Below, piece by piece: positions 9,449-20,646 of a stretch of DNA of 53,750 bases. Position 1 is the first letter of the stretch. The number at the start of each line of letters is the position of its first letter. The notes below the pieces were generated by a model. The model saw nothing but the letters and a program-made list of their open reading frames with translations. It made no database searches and was not told where the DNA came from. The translations under genes were made by a program, and so were the position numbers. The DNA lies in contig JARQWU010000040.1 in NCBI GenBank assembly GCA_040182905.1, positions 1-53,750 on the forward strand, written 5' to 3'. This DNA comes from Barthelona sp. PAP020 (taxonomy: Eukaryota).

Positions 9449-11449
9449 TTACCTGTTGGTGAGACTGCTTGGTGGAGCAGGCAAATTAGAATTCAAAAAT
9501 AAAGGAGCGAATTGCAAGTTTGAGTTATCAATAACTTTGCCTGATTTGAAACTGGAAACAACAGCAAAGAGATCCGAACTTCCATTTTTGTTGTCATCTT
9601 CGTTGATTTCCATTGTTTGATCAACTGATTCACTATCATCTATTGACTGAAATTCAATCAATTGATTGCTGTTTGAACTATTCTTTGTCAGCACTAATTC
9701 TTCCAAATTAATGCTCTGAAATTCATTCTGCTGTTCATCCATCTTCAAAATGTCAGATGTTCTTTTGAACCCTTGATTTTTGAACTTTTCGATCGTATTT
9801 ATCAATTGAGTCCTCCATATGTTCTGAACGCTTTTATTCTGGAATTTCAAGATCAATGCAGATGTAAATTTTTTCCCCGGGGAGAAATGAGGTGGTGTTT
9901 CCTTAGCTAACTTATTCACAGCATCATCCACCTCCAAAACCAACGAACAACAATTTAGTGTATCAAAGAAGTCTGATACTTTGATACTATTTACAAAGAT
10001 CTCGTATTTTACGATTAAACCGCTCAAGAATTTTTCGGTCAGGACAATAATTCGATCTTCAAATAATAGCAACCGCCGAGGTTTTTGGTCAAAAGTGTAT
10101 ACTGCTTCGTTAATGTCTATGCTATCCACAAACTCAAAATTTTGAAGTTGAGCTGCAAATTTACTATCAACCGCCTTCAATTCTTCAATCTTCCTCAAAT
10201 TCATGTCAAACTTTCTTTTTTCTTCGTTGACAAAATTAGCAATTTCCCTCACATCCTCTAAACATTCTGAACACTCCCCATAAAATTCATGATCAACAGG
10301 AGTTCGTTTTTTAAGTCGTTCCCATAATAGAGGATAACGTGGCACCCTTTGAATTGGCATTATCAGCAAGTTATCAAGCGAAATTACGTTATAATCAAAA
10401 GCTCGAAGAACATCATTAAGTTTGGCATTCTTTGCATTGGAATGCAAAATCTGCAAGGAAATATCAAAGTTCGCAGCATACTTAGCAAAAATTTTCATCT
10501 CTTCTACATATCTTAACAGAATACGACTAACAGGGTATCTCCAGAGAAGAGGATCTTTCTCTGTATCCAATTCTTTATTGAAATCGTCAAGCAGTTTTGT
10601 GCTGAAAGAATAAAGCTCTTCAATATTACCAAAAATCATGTCAATCTCATTATTTGTGAGAGAACAATCTTCGTCTATCATTCTTTTTTTGATCTCGTTC
10701 ATAAATTCAAGTTGTTCGTTAAAAACTTGCTCTGAGCTAATTATTTCTTGGACCACATCTTTTCGACGCCTGGCAAAGTACAATTCTTTTCCCTGATCGT
10801 GCCGACACAGATACGCTCTCCAGCAAGATTGAATTAAAACCAGATATCTAACACGAAATTCCAAAGATCTACGCTGATTTCTCCGAATCTTCTTAGTCTT
10901 AGTCACCAAACGGTTTCTTACTGGTTTATTATACATTTCCAGTTTACTTCTTTGATACTTAACACTACTGTAATCAGTTAAATCACATTTTGAACTGCTC
11001 AAACGCCTATTATGTGTTTTTTGTGATTGAATTTTTTTTTGTTTGACTGAAGGAGTTTCTTTTATTAAGCGTTCCCGCGTTTCAACAGCAGCTATACGAA
11101 CGCGAGATAAATCAACAGTGGCATTCTTAGAACTTTTCATTTCATTCAACTCAAAACTTTTTGGTTTTCTATAAGTCTTTGGAGTGGAGAAACATTTATT
11201 CTTATAAGTCTTTTTGGGAGATTTAACCTCTGAAACATTCGAATTGTCTCGAATTTTCGTGTTGTTTAAATTTTGATTTTCAATTTTATTCAATTTGGCT
11301 ATTTTATCAAATTCAACTAATTCTGAAGAATCAATATCATCTTCTTCAAAAGAACTTTCAGAAATTTGATCCATTTGATTCAATGATGTTATTCCATTAC
11401 ATAAAGAGGATTTTCGTTGTTTGATTTCTTCTTTAATGTCTTTTGTCAT
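9449..11449 (-). CDS. Rho guanine-nucleotide exchange factor, IQ + DH + PH domains
   Basis: IQ motif IQSCWRAY; DH motifs VVQEIISSE, IFGNIEEL, LLIMPIQRVPRYPLL, NFVNE; PH-like RRLLLFED. ATG at 11449. Confidence 0.9.
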   Translation of the reverse strand: MTKDIKEEIKQRKSSLCNGITSLNQMDQISESSFEEDDIDSSELVEFDKIAKLNKIENQNLNNTKIRDNSNVSEVKSPKKTYKNKCFSTPKTYRKPKSFELNEMKSSKNATVDLSRVRIAAVETRERLIKETPSVKQKKIQSQKTHNRRLSSSKCDLTDYSSVKYQRSKLEMYNKPVRNRLVTKTKKIRRNQRRSLEFRVRYLVLIQSCWRAYLCRHDQGKELYFARRRKDVVQEIISSEQVFNEQLEFMNEIKKRMIDEDCSLTNNEIDMIFGNIEELYSFSTKLLDDFNKELDTEKDPLLWRYPVSRILLRYVEEMKIFAKYAANFDISLQILHSNAKNAKLNDVLRAFDYNVISLDNLLIMPIQRVPRYPLLWERLKKRTPVDHEFYGECSECLEDVREIANFVNEEKRKFDMNLRKIEELKAVDSKFAAQLQNFEFVDSIDINEAVYTFDQKPRRLLLFEDRIIVLTEKFLSGLIVKYEIFVNSIKVSDFFDTLNCCSLVLEVDDAVNKLAKETPPHFSPGKKFTSALILKFQNKSVQNIWRTQLINTIEKFKNQGFKRTSDILKMDEQQNEFQSINLEELVLTKNSSNSNQLIEFQSIDDSESVDQTMEINEDDNKNGSSDLFAVVSSFKSGKVIDNSNLQFAPLFLNSNLPAPPSSLTNR

Positions 11450-11579
11450 TATCAATAATCATATATTACACTTAATACATATTAATTTTGAGTGATAAAA
11501 AATCTTTTTCCGAATTTCCAATTTCAATCAATCTCATTTTCTCATTTTGGTTGTTATTTTATTTCAATTATTTTATTAA

Positions 11580-12116
11580 ATGACTTTTAAAAATTCTGTT
11601 ATTGTTGGTCATGAATGGATTACCGTGATAGTATGGACTTTGATGGTATTTTTGAGTATATTGAGAAGAAACAAGTTTTTTGTCAAAACTCATTGTTGGA
11701 TTTTTACAATATTGGGTATTATTGCATTTGTTTTTTCAATAGTTCCAATTTTGGCAGTTAAAGATTGGGGATATGTTGCAGTCTTTGTTAAAAGAAAACC
11801 ACACGCCTTTATTGGTTGGATTTGTGTCTTTATTTCAGTTTTAAATTTGATGCATTCTATTTATTTAACAAAGAAGAAAATAAATCATAGAAAATTGCAT
11901 CATACAATTCATGTTTTTATCGCATGGTCTAACGTAATCAGTGCTTTTTTTGCTATATATTCAGGTGTTTCTCGTTTTGCACCTTCGGTTTTAAATTATT
12001 TTTATTTCATCACTGTTGCTTTAATTTTGGTATTCCTTCTTTTTGAAGGGAAAGCTTTTGTTAAAAAAATAAACAAAAGAAAAGATCATCTAAAGCCTTT
12101 GTTGAATTCTGAATAA
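11580..12116 (+). CDS. Cytochrome b561 / ferric-reductase-like transmembrane domain protein
   Basis: About 5 TM helices with four His at helix starts (GHEW, THCW, PHAFIG, IHVFIA), the spacing typical of b561 heme ligands. Confidence 0.75.
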   Translation: MTFKNSVIVGHEWITVIVWTLMVFLSILRRNKFFVKTHCWIFTILGIIAFVFSIVPILAVKDWGYVAVFVKRKPHAFIGWICVFISVLNLMHSIYLTKKKINHRKLHHTIHVFIAWSNVISAFFAIYSGVSRFAPSVLNYFYFITVALILVFLLFEGKAFVKKINKRKDHLKPLLNSE

Positions 12117-12260
12117 TTTGTTTTGTGAATAATTTTGCTTTTACATAAATCATTATAATTTATTTATTTATTTATTATATTATTATGTTGGCTAATTATT
12201 AAGTGAATTGCTTTGTAAATTAATTGGGGACAAATTTTTAACAAGCCAAATATACATTAT

Positions 12261-14702
12261 ATGAATTCGCTTTTACCCTTTGAAGTGGTATTTGTGACAT
12301 CGTCTGAGCATCCATTTGTTGCTTCCAATTTATCAAATTTAAATAATTCAAATATTAAAGGTTGGAGAAATGGAAGATATTCCAGTTTTCCTGTCGAATT
12401 AATTGTTGGATTTCAATCAACAAAGTATGTTCAACAGATTTTACTTTTGAGTCATCCGTATTTGATACCTAAAAAAGTTCAAATTTTTTTGGGAAGTGAG
12501 TCTTCCAATTATAATCAATGCACTTGGACAAAAGTTGGTTATTTTAGTTTTAGTGATAACACAGACTCCAATTTTGAAAAAGGTCAGTTGCGAAGGGTTG
12601 ATTTAGGAGCCAGTTGTCAATATGTAAAGTTTGTTTTACATTCCTATCATGAAAATAGTCATAACATTTACAATCAGGTTGGTATCTATGCTTTAGCTTT
12701 TTCTGGAGGAGGGTTAAACGATATAGGGCGTTCCACTAATAGGTCTTCTGTTTCCACTTATAATAGTCAAGTAAATAAATTTGAAGCACAATACGATCGT
12801 GAAACATCTTCAGAAATTCAACGATTGGTTCAACAAAAGACAGACGCAATTGCCAATCGTGATTATCGCGAAGCCAAGCGTTTATCTCAAGAAATTGAGA
12901 GACTTAAAGAGGTAGGAAAGGAAATATCAGAGTTATCAAAGAAAGAACAAGCAGCAGTAGCGAATGATGATTTTGATACCGCTTTAGCCATTAAAGAACA
13001 GATTGATCAGTTACGTGGTAAGGCTGTTGTACCAGTTTCAAACGTTACAACCACTACATCTCCTTCTGTTACAAATGTTCAACCAGTTGGTCAAAACCTG
13101 AATCCTTTTGTTGTTGCAGCTGGAAAATCAGCTGTTGTTCAGCCAGGACAAGTTACTTCAATCAGCGTACCTGTTTCAATGGCCCCTGTGTTGAGTAATG
13201 ATCGTAATGCAATAAGACCGATGGATCCATCAAAACAAGCAGAAATGTATGGATCTGCTGTGGCTGTGCCTGCTTTTGATGATAGCAATATCATCACATC
13301 ATCTGTACCTGTGGTTGATAATAGGGAAATAAAGGGAGCAAAGTCTTATGAGGAGATGCTTGAGGCTGAGTTAAAGAAGGAGGAGCAAGCAAAAGAACAA
13401 AAAGAATCAGATGTTCCCGCAAAATTCCGTGATGATGCTAGCAGATTGACTAATTTCCCTGAAAATCTTCCTACATTGTTGTATTCAACAAATTTAGATT
13501 CTCAATTGGAAGCAATAAATATTTTGTTGAAACATTCAAAATTTTATGAAACTTCTGATTTGGAAGCTTGGTGTACTTGCCTGAAACATTTGTGTCGAGC
13601 AAAAAATGTGTCTATTTTAACGGAAAGTTTGAATATTTTCCTCAATATTTTTGAGTCGGAAAAGTTTACGAAGAGTCATTCCCATGAGCATTTTCAAATG
13701 GTACTTTCTGTTTTGATTCCACGTTTACATGACAATTCCAAGCGTATTGCTGAGGCAATACTAGCGTTAGTGATAATTATTGCGAAAGGAATTGGACCAA
13801 AGACTATTTATCCAATCATTCTGCACAAAATCAATCCCAAAAGCACAAAGATAGTTATTGCTAGACTTTTTTGTATCAAACGTCTTCTAGAGGAATTTAA
13901 AAACGATATAGACAACACAGTTGTTACTGATATGGTTGCTTTATTAAAAAAATGCTTTGCTTCTTCGTCTGGTGATGTTCGTAACATTAGTGTAACGTTA
14001 ATCGGTCTCATTTATGAGTATATTGGTTCTGCGCCCATCGAACAGGTTATTCCAAAGTTTTCAAATACTTCTGAGTTAAATGCTTTTGAAAAGAAGCTTA
14101 TTGATGAATTATGCACGATTAATGCAACAAATGATTGGCCTGCTCCACCTAATAATCCATTGATGGGTCGAACAAATGGAAAAGGAAAACGTAAAGCAAA
14201 AGAGGTTTATGACCGTAACAAAGTTAGAAAGCAACCTGTTGAGGTGCCCAAGTATGTGGCAGAACCAGAACCGGAATTGGAACCAGAACTTGAAGAACAC
14301 GATGAAAATGAAGAAGGTTTTGTCTGTGAATTTTGCAAGGTTGCACATCCTACAGATAAAGATCGAGACTTACATTGGTATCAAGTGTGCCCTTATCTTA
14401 CTAGATGCCCTGTTTGCCATCAAATTAGCTCAATTGATACATTAGCACAGCATTTATTGGAGGTACATGGTGATAGATTCCAAGAATGCAAGCGTTGTGA
14501 AGAGCCTGTTGATAGATCATTCATGAAAAGACATTTAGATTGGGGAAAGTGTCTTGTGCCTTCTAAAAATTCAGAGGTTATCAGATGTCCTCTTTGTCAT
14601 ACTGACGTTCATCAAGATGATTGGTCTGATCACGTAGAAATCAATTGCGAAATGAACAGAGAGAGACAAAAGCTATTTAAAGCTTTGTTAGAGAGTGATT
14701 GA
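12261..14702 (+). CDS. CEP104: Centrosomal/ciliary protein CEP104 (FAP256)
   Basis: N-terminal jelly-roll (GW...FPVELIV, QILLLSHPYLIP, HNIYNQVG), UVR-like coiled coils (AIANRDYREAK, AVANDDFDTA), TOG/HEAT region and C-terminal C2HC fingers (CEFC...LHWYQVCP, CPLCH). Confidence 0.93.
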   Translation: MNSLLPFEVVFVTSSEHPFVASNLSNLNNSNIKGWRNGRYSSFPVELIVGFQSTKYVQQILLLSHPYLIPKKVQIFLGSESSNYNQCTWTKVGYFSFSDNTDSNFEKGQLRRVDLGASCQYVKFVLHSYHENSHNIYNQVGIYALAFSGGGLNDIGRSTNRSSVSTYNSQVNKFEAQYDRETSSEIQRLVQQKTDAIANRDYREAKRLSQEIERLKEVGKEISELSKKEQAAVANDDFDTALAIKEQIDQLRGKAVVPVSNVTTTTSPSVTNVQPVGQNLNPFVVAAGKSAVVQPGQVTSISVPVSMAPVLSNDRNAIRPMDPSKQAEMYGSAVAVPAFDDSNIITSSVPVVDNREIKGAKSYEEMLEAELKKEEQAKEQKESDVPAKFRDDASRLTNFPENLPTLLYSTNLDSQLEAINILLKHSKFYETSDLEAWCTCLKHLCRAKNVSILTESLNIFLNIFESEKFTKSHSHEHFQMVLSVLIPRLHDNSKRIAEAILALVIIIAKGIGPKTIYPIILHKINPKSTKIVIARLFCIKRLLEEFKNDIDNTVVTDMVALLKKCFASSSGDVRNISVTLIGLIYEYIGSAPIEQVIPKFSNTSELNAFEKKLIDELCTINATNDWPAPPNNPLMGRTNGKGKRKAKEVYDRNKVRKQPVEVPKYVAEPEPELEPELEEHDENEEGFVCEFCKVAHPTDKDRDLHWYQVCPYLTRCPVCHQISSIDTLAQHLLEVHGDRFQECKRCEEPVDRSFMKRHLDWGKCLVPSKNSEVIRCPLCHTDVHQDDWSDHVEINCEMNRERQKLFKALLESD

Positions 14703-14935
14703 AAGGTTTGGGTTCTTCTGTTCTTTGTGTTGTAAAACGTCTGTATTATTTTTTTTAGTGTTCGTTTTGTCAGTTTTCAACAAATGAAAGAAAAAACAGT
14801 CAAAAACATTTTGGCCCTCTTGAATTTATTCAAAGCGTTTTGTTATTGGACCAAATTTTGATCCAAATTAACATTTATTTTCGTAAATGAAATATTTCAA
14901 AGAAAAACAATAAAAACAGGTCTGACTTATTCTTT

Positions 14936-17900
14936 CTAACCACTTGAAGTTCGAATGATACCACTTACACCATCAGTTAATTGAGTTCTGAACAAAACAT
15001 TAGCATTTGAAAACATTCCAGGTTTTAAAGACACAACAATGAATTGACTTTGTTTGAAATGAGTTCGAATAACTTCACCAATGTGTTGAGTGTGTGATAA
15101 ATCCAAAGCAGCATCAATTTCATCTAATATGTACAACGGAGCAGGTTTAAATAACAACAAAGCCAATATCAAACTTAATGCGATTAAAGAGCGTTGTCCA
15201 CCACTCAATTCACCTAGACTTTCCTTCCACACATTATTGAAACCCACATTAATTTGCAATCCACAAATTTCCTCTTGATTATCATATACAGGAGTTAATT
15301 TGCAATTTGCTGTTGGTAACAACATTGAAAAGATCTCACCAAATTCTTTGGAAACTATCTTCCAAGTATTATTCAAAGCATTTGCTTTCTTTTCATCTAA
15401 TTGAGCAATAATATCGTTAATTTTCCTTCTATCTTCAAATAATTGTGTTAGTCTGCTACTCATTTGATCATATTGTTCCTTAATTCTTTGATATCTATTG
15501 GTAATCTTGAAAATTTCATCTTTAGGTCCTATTTCTTCATTCAAACTGTTTAGTTGCTGTAAAATTAGATTATATTCTTTATCTAATTTTTCTAATTCAG
15601 TTTTCTCAAAGTTTTCAAAGTTTTCATAAATCTTTATATTTTTCAAACTTTTTTTCAATTGATTCTTTTCAATTGATTTCTTTTCCAATAAAGATAAACA
15701 GGTTTCAAGTTTTTTACTAAGATTCTTCCTTTGTTTGGAAATTTTCAAAATCTTGTTTTTTAAACCATCAGATTCAGTTCTTAAACGATTCATTTCTTCA
15801 TTAGATTGAGTTATGTTGAAAAAATACTTATTACAAGCATTTTCTTGCTCAATCAAATCTTGTTCTTTTTCATTCAATTCAACAGTACTTTCACTAATGT
15901 CTTTTTCTAACTCTTTTGCATCATCTAAATTTTTAGTTATCATACTTTCCAATTGTTGTTTTTCAACGACTTTTTGATTATATTCTACTTTGATTTGTCG
16001 TGCCAAAGAACGAGCTTTTTCAATTCTTTTTTGTAATTGTTCAAAATCTTTTCTTAATTCCACTAACTTGTTTTCGTTCTTAACAATTTCTCTTCTCTTC
16101 AATTCTTCCTCATCTAATGAAGCATTTCTTTCCAAATCGTCTAATTCAATGGCATCTTCTTCAATACTATGAGTAATCTCCACAATGTTAGAATCTAATT
16201 CCACCATTTCTTTTTCAACATTTTCTAATTTTTGAACGCTTCGAGCAAACTTCGAAACCATCTTTTGATCATTTAGTCTCTTAATATTTTCAGTTAAATC
16301 ACTTTGAGCTTCTTTAATTTTACGATATTCAACGCGTTTTAATTTCATTTTGTTCAAAGAACCTTCTTTATCATTAATCTGTCTATTCATTTCATTATAC
16401 TCATTTCTAATGTTAACATCCCTCATAACCATGCTTAAAATATAAGTACCACCAGCATTACCACCACCAGATAATGTCCCTTGAGGATCATATAAATTGC
16501 CATCCAATGTTACTGTTAATATCTTTGCTTCTCTTGCAAGTCTGTGAGCTATTTCATCATTTTCGGCTATATATGATCCTCCAAACAGATATCTTAATGC
16601 ATTATCCAAATCAGCAATGTCATTTCGTGAAGCAATAATTTTTTCGATTGAAGGCCATGCTTCACCTTCGGTTGATGAAATTATTTGCTCAGCTTTTGAT
16701 ATTTGACTATCAGATAACCTTTTGGGCAAGATTTTATTGAGAGGCAAAGCAGTGACTCTTTGTTTTAAATTAGTTTTCATTAATTGAGTGGCCACATTGT
16801 CATTTTTAGTGATAACATTAAATACCTTACCACCTAACAAAATATCAAGAGCTTTACTGAATCTATCATCAATTGGGCGAATTAACCTGAATACACGACC
16901 ATAATAACCTGCTAATTTTGAAGGTAAATTCAAATCATATGTATTTAAACGTTTATTTATCTCGAATGAATTCATTTCCAACTTCTTAGCATTTTTGACC
17001 ATTTTGCTAATATTCTCTTCAATTTCATTAATTTCATCATCAGAAACAATTAATTTCGCCTCTTTTGAATTCAAATCACTCAATTCCATTTCAAATTCTT
17101 TCAATTTTTCATCAATCTCCAAATGTTCATTATTCATCTTTAATTGATCTATTTGATTGAGCAAATCAATCTTTTGTTTCTCAAATAATTGCAACTGATT
17201 CTTAGAACTATCAAGTATCATCTTATTCTTATTCAATTCTCTTTTTAAATAACTAATCTTGTCCTTAATTGTTAAACCATTGCCACTAGAGACACCAGAT
17301 TTTAAGGCTTGAATTTGGTCATTTGTGTTTTCTATATTCGTTTGAATCGCTATTTTTTCCTCTTGCTTTTGTTTCAAATTCTCTTCAGCTACACTTGTCT
17401 TTTCTGCTAACTTATCAACTAAACTGTTGATATCAACCATTTGTTCATTATATTGAGTGTTATCTCTCAACAATTTTTTCAAATGTTTTTCTTTATGTTC
17501 CAGTGCAACTTTCTTTTTGTTAAAATCAATCTTACATTTTTCTAATAGTTCTTTAGCTTCATTAAAATCTTGATTTTGTTCATTGGAACTGAATTCTGCA
17601 ATTGTTTCATCAATTTCTTTCAAATAACTCTCAGTTTCACTCATTTCTTCTTCTAACTCCACTAACATACGTTCATAATTTGTTTGATCTTCTTTATGTC
17701 TATTCAAATCGTTATTCACATTATGATAACGGTATGAGAGTACAATAGAACTCAATTCTTGATTTCGATTTTTTAAATCCTCGTATTTCTGAATCAACTC
17801 TAATTTTGCTGAAAATTTATCCAAAGATGGTTCTATTTCTTCTTTCAAAATCCTTTCAACTTCTTGAATCTTCGTGTCTTTTTTCTTGATAGTTTTTATA

Positions 17901-18442
17901 GCATTTTGTTTTTTATCCTCAAAAACATTAGTACCTGCTGCAGATTCAACCATACTTAAAACTTGATCAGATTTCATGTTCAATACCTGAGTTATCCTTC
18001 CTTGCATTATCAAAAAATGAGGATTGTTGATATTTAATCCAACAGATTGAAATAACGATATTACATGATTCTGTTGAGCTGTATGTCCATTGATAAAATA
18101 TTTTGATTTTCCAGCTAATGTAATTTGTCGTGTTACAACAATATTTTCACAATTTTCATATCCTACAGGTGATTGTTGGGCATCGTTATTATCAAACACA
18201 ATAGAAACACTTGCTTTGGTTACTCCTGCTTGTCCTTGTTTATAAACCAATTCTTGTAAAGAACCAACACGTATATTCTTTAAAGAAGTTAAACCCAACA
18301 CAAAACAAATGGCATCTAAAACATTTGACTTTCCAGTTCCATTAAATCCGGTAATTGCGTTAAAACTACGATCAAATCCACTTATAATCGTTCGATTCGC
18401 ATACGACTTAAATCCATCTAATATTAATTCTTTAATATACAT
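14936..18442 (-). CDS. SMC2: Condensin subunit SMC2
   Basis: GFKSY, FNAITGFNGTGKSN, LQELVYKQGQAGVTKASV, NNPHFLIMQGRIT, hinge, WKESLGELSGGQRSL and PAPLYILDEIDAALDLSHTQ, which are SMC2-type motifs. Confidence 0.97.
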   Translation of the reverse strand: MYIKELILDGFKSYANRTIISGFDRSFNAITGFNGTGKSNVLDAICFVLGLTSLKNIRVGSLQELVYKQGQAGVTKASVSIVFDNNDAQQSPVGYENCENIVVTRQITLAGKSKYFINGHTAQQNHVISLFQSVGLNINNPHFLIMQGRITQVLNMKSDQVLSMVESAAGTNVFEDKKQNAIKTIKKKDTKIQEVERILKEEIEPSLDKFSAKLELIQKYEDLKNRNQELSSIVLSYRYHNVNNDLNRHKEDQTNYERMLVELEEEMSETESYLKEIDETIAEFSSNEQNQDFNEAKELLEKCKIDFNKKKVALEHKEKHLKKLLRDNTQYNEQMVDINSLVDKLAEKTSVAEENLKQKQEEKIAIQTNIENTNDQIQALKSGVSSGNGLTIKDKISYLKRELNKNKMILDSSKNQLQLFEKQKIDLLNQIDQLKMNNEHLEIDEKLKEFEMELSDLNSKEAKLIVSDDEINEIEENISKMVKNAKKLEMNSFEINKRLNTYDLNLPSKLAGYYGRVFRLIRPIDDRFSKALDILLGGKVFNVITKNDNVATQLMKTNLKQRVTALPLNKILPKRLSDSQISKAEQIISSTEGEAWPSIEKIIASRNDIADLDNALRYLFGGSYIAENDEIAHRLAREAKILTVTLDGNLYDPQGTLSGGGNAGGTYILSMVMRDVNIRNEYNEMNRQINDKEGSLNKMKLKRVEYRKIKEAQSDLTENIKRLNDQKMVSKFARSVQKLENVEKEMVELDSNIVEITHSIEEDAIELDDLERNASLDEEELKRREIVKNENKLVELRKDFEQLQKRIEKARSLARQIKVEYNQKVVEKQQLESMITKNLDDAKELEKDISESTVELNEKEQDLIEQENACNKYFFNITQSNEEMNRLRTESDGLKNKILKISKQRKNLSKKLETCLSLLEKKSIEKNQLKKSLKNIKIYENFENFEKTELEKLDKEYNLILQQLNSLNEEIGPKDEIFKITNRYQRIKEQYDQMSSRLTQLFEDRRKINDIIAQLDEKKANALNNTWKIVSKEFGEIFSMLLPTANCKLTPVYDNQEEICGLQINVGFNNVWKESLGELSGGQRSLIALSLILALLLFKPAPLYILDEIDAALDLSHTQHIGEVIRTHFKQSQFIVVSLKPGMFSNANVLFRTQLTDGVSGIIRTSSG

Positions 18443-18630
18443 CTGGCTTTGATTTCAATGGCAAAAAAAAAAAGCTTATTGAAAGGGATGCCATTTTTTT
18501 ATTTGTTCTTTACATTCACATTTTATCTTTGATAAGGTTAATAAAATTTTTTAAAGGAACAAATCAACAAAATAAAAATAAAAGAATTAATCAATGATGA
18601 ATCTTTTTGGTATCCTTTCTATTGACTTCA

Positions 18631-19872
18631 ATGTCACAAGAATTTGATATTTGTAATTGGTTTAATGTTCATTCGGACCAGACAATACGTAATGTTGTAA
18701 CTTTACCAAACCAACAATTTGCTACAGGCAGTTTTGACAAGACGGTCAAAATTTGGAACTTTAAAGGAGATAATATTGATTTAATATCTACCTTAGAAGG
18801 TCATAGTGACAGTATATATGCATTATTTTATGTGAAACCATGTACTGTATATCCCAATGGTGTTTTAATTTCTGGTTCTGCTGATTCAACCATTATAATA
18901 TGGGATTTGGAAACTTATAATCCTATTCAACAGTTAATTGGTCACACCCAACTTGTTTCTAGTCTTACTTTTGATTATAAAACACAATGTATTGTTTCAA
19001 CCAGTTGGGATGGTTCTGTTAAGTTTTGGTTTATGGAAACTGGTGATCTTTATGAATTTAAAAAAATTAATGAGCCCTCTGGAATTCAAGTAATTACGAT
19101 TCAAGACGGATTAGTTGCTGCTGCAGGAGGACATCAAATTCATTTTTTTGAAATCGTTGAGCCCAAAGAAGTTATTCATATTAATACCATCCAATTTTCA
19201 AAACAGCCTAATCCAGCTGTGAATGTTGTCCGTGCTATATATGCCCCTGAGAATTTCAAGTTTTCCAATAATAAAGAAGGTCTCATTGTAGCCTTCAATT
19301 CTGGAAGTATGGCGCTTGTTGATCCAATTGAAGGTAGAATTAAGAAACAAATTAAGGCACATGACACTTACATTTATGATTTTTGTATTTATGACTCATT
19401 TTTATTTTCTATTGCTGAAGATGGTACTTTGGGATGTTTGTTGCTTGAAGAGATGCAGTTCTATGGACCATTAAATCTTTGTCACACTCCTTGGAGTATT
19501 GCCATGTTAGATGATGGCGAGACGCTTGTGGTTGTTGGGGAAAATGGGTTTGTTACTATTTTCAATAAAGGAGATTGTGTTGCGACTGATGAAAGAAAAG
19601 AAGAATATGCTGTGTTGGTTGAAGCTTATATGATGAGTAGGATATCTGGTGATGAAAAAGCTAACGATTTATCTGGTGAAATTGATGGCAAGAAATACGA
19701 TTTTGTTATTTCTGTTCAATTGGGTGAAAAAAGTGTTCCATTGGGTTTCAATAAAGGAGATAATGCTTATCAAGTGGCTGAATTGTGGTGTATGAATAAT
19801 AATATTGATTTACAGTATAAAGAACAAATTGTTCATTATCTTTACGACAATATTCCTTGTTTGAAGAGTTAA
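18631..19872 (+). CDS. PLAA/Doa1/Ufd3-like protein (WD40 + PFU, no PUL domain)
   Basis: WD40 repeats followed by PFU signature DGKKYDFVISV...LGFNKGDNAYQVA...YKEQIVHYL; ORF ends right after PFU. ATG at 18631. Confidence 0.85.
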   Translation: MSQEFDICNWFNVHSDQTIRNVVTLPNQQFATGSFDKTVKIWNFKGDNIDLISTLEGHSDSIYALFYVKPCTVYPNGVLISGSADSTIIIWDLETYNPIQQLIGHTQLVSSLTFDYKTQCIVSTSWDGSVKFWFMETGDLYEFKKINEPSGIQVITIQDGLVAAAGGHQIHFFEIVEPKEVIHINTIQFSKQPNPAVNVVRAIYAPENFKFSNNKEGLIVAFNSGSMALVDPIEGRIKKQIKAHDTYIYDFCIYDSFLFSIAEDGTLGCLLLEEMQFYGPLNLCHTPWSIAMLDDGETLVVVGENGFVTIFNKGDCVATDERKEEYAVLVEAYMMSRISGDEKANDLSGEIDGKKYDFVISVQLGEKSVPLGFNKGDNAYQVAELWCMNNNIDLQYKEQIVHYLYDNIPCLKS

Positions 19873-19876
19873 TATG

Positions 19877-19903
19877 TGTAAACTACTTTTTATGAATTGT
19901 AAA
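19877..19903 (+). promoter_or_regulatory. Two TGTAAA hexamers just after the stop codon, candidate polyadenylation signal (representative)
   Basis: TGTAAA at 19877-19882 and 19898-19903; the TGTRAA motif recurs after many genes in the window. Confidence 0.55.
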
Positions 19904-19947
19904 TTGTTTTTTCAGAAGAAAGTTTTTTTTTTATAGATATTTCAGAT

Positions 19948-20646
19948 ATGGAGCCATTTACCGTTTTACAAAGGATTCATGATTGTGAAAGTACGATTAA
20001 ATATTTGAAACTTCTGGAAAAAAAAACGGAAGATCAAATTTTGGTTCCAATTACCAAAATGGCATTTATTCCTGGATTAGTCACAAATACAAATAAGTTT
20101 ATAGTATCCCTTGGTGGAAATTACTTTTGCGAAAAAACAAAAACTCAAACAGTTGACATGTTACAGAGAAGAAAAGATACATTACGTGAATCTTTGGATA
20201 AATTTTTATCAAATAATGTTAAAGATAATGTTGAAGAAAATGTGGAAGATAATGCATGTATTGCCGAATTTCCTTCAGAATCTGATGTTTTGGAAGATCA
20301 TTTCAAAGAAGAATCTCAACCCATATCAACTGTTGAATCTGAAGCCAATAAGTTCAATTCAATATTGAATGAATTGGGTGTTGATTCCACCAGAATAACA
20401 GAACAAAGTGATAATCATTTATTAATAGGGAATAAAAATGGAACTATAGATATTATTGAATTTGAAGAAATAAATGAGGTAACAAAAGAAGAACAAAGGG
20501 AGAAAGAACAAATTTCTAACCAAGAAAATGCTTTGAAAAATGTTTCTGAAGCACCACATTCAAGCTTTGTAATGGAAAATCAGCAAATAAAAATTAAACC
20601 TAAAAACAAAAAAAAAAGTTTGTTCAATTCTTCAAAAAACATATGA
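19948..20646 (+). CDS. URI1: URI1/Bud27 unconventional prefoldin RPB5 interactor
   Basis: Alpha-prefoldin core ILVPITKMAFIPG...TNKFIVSLGGNYF, acidic middle and C-terminal KKSLF URI-box-like motif. Confidence 0.8.
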   Translation: MEPFTVLQRIHDCESTIKYLKLLEKKTEDQILVPITKMAFIPGLVTNTNKFIVSLGGNYFCEKTKTQTVDMLQRRKDTLRESLDKFLSNNVKDNVEENVEDNACIAEFPSESDVLEDHFKEESQPISTVESEANKFNSILNELGVDSTRITEQSDNHLLIGNKNGTIDIIEFEEINEVTKEEQREKEQISNQENALKNVSEAPHSSFVMENQQIKIKPKNKKKSLFNSSKNI

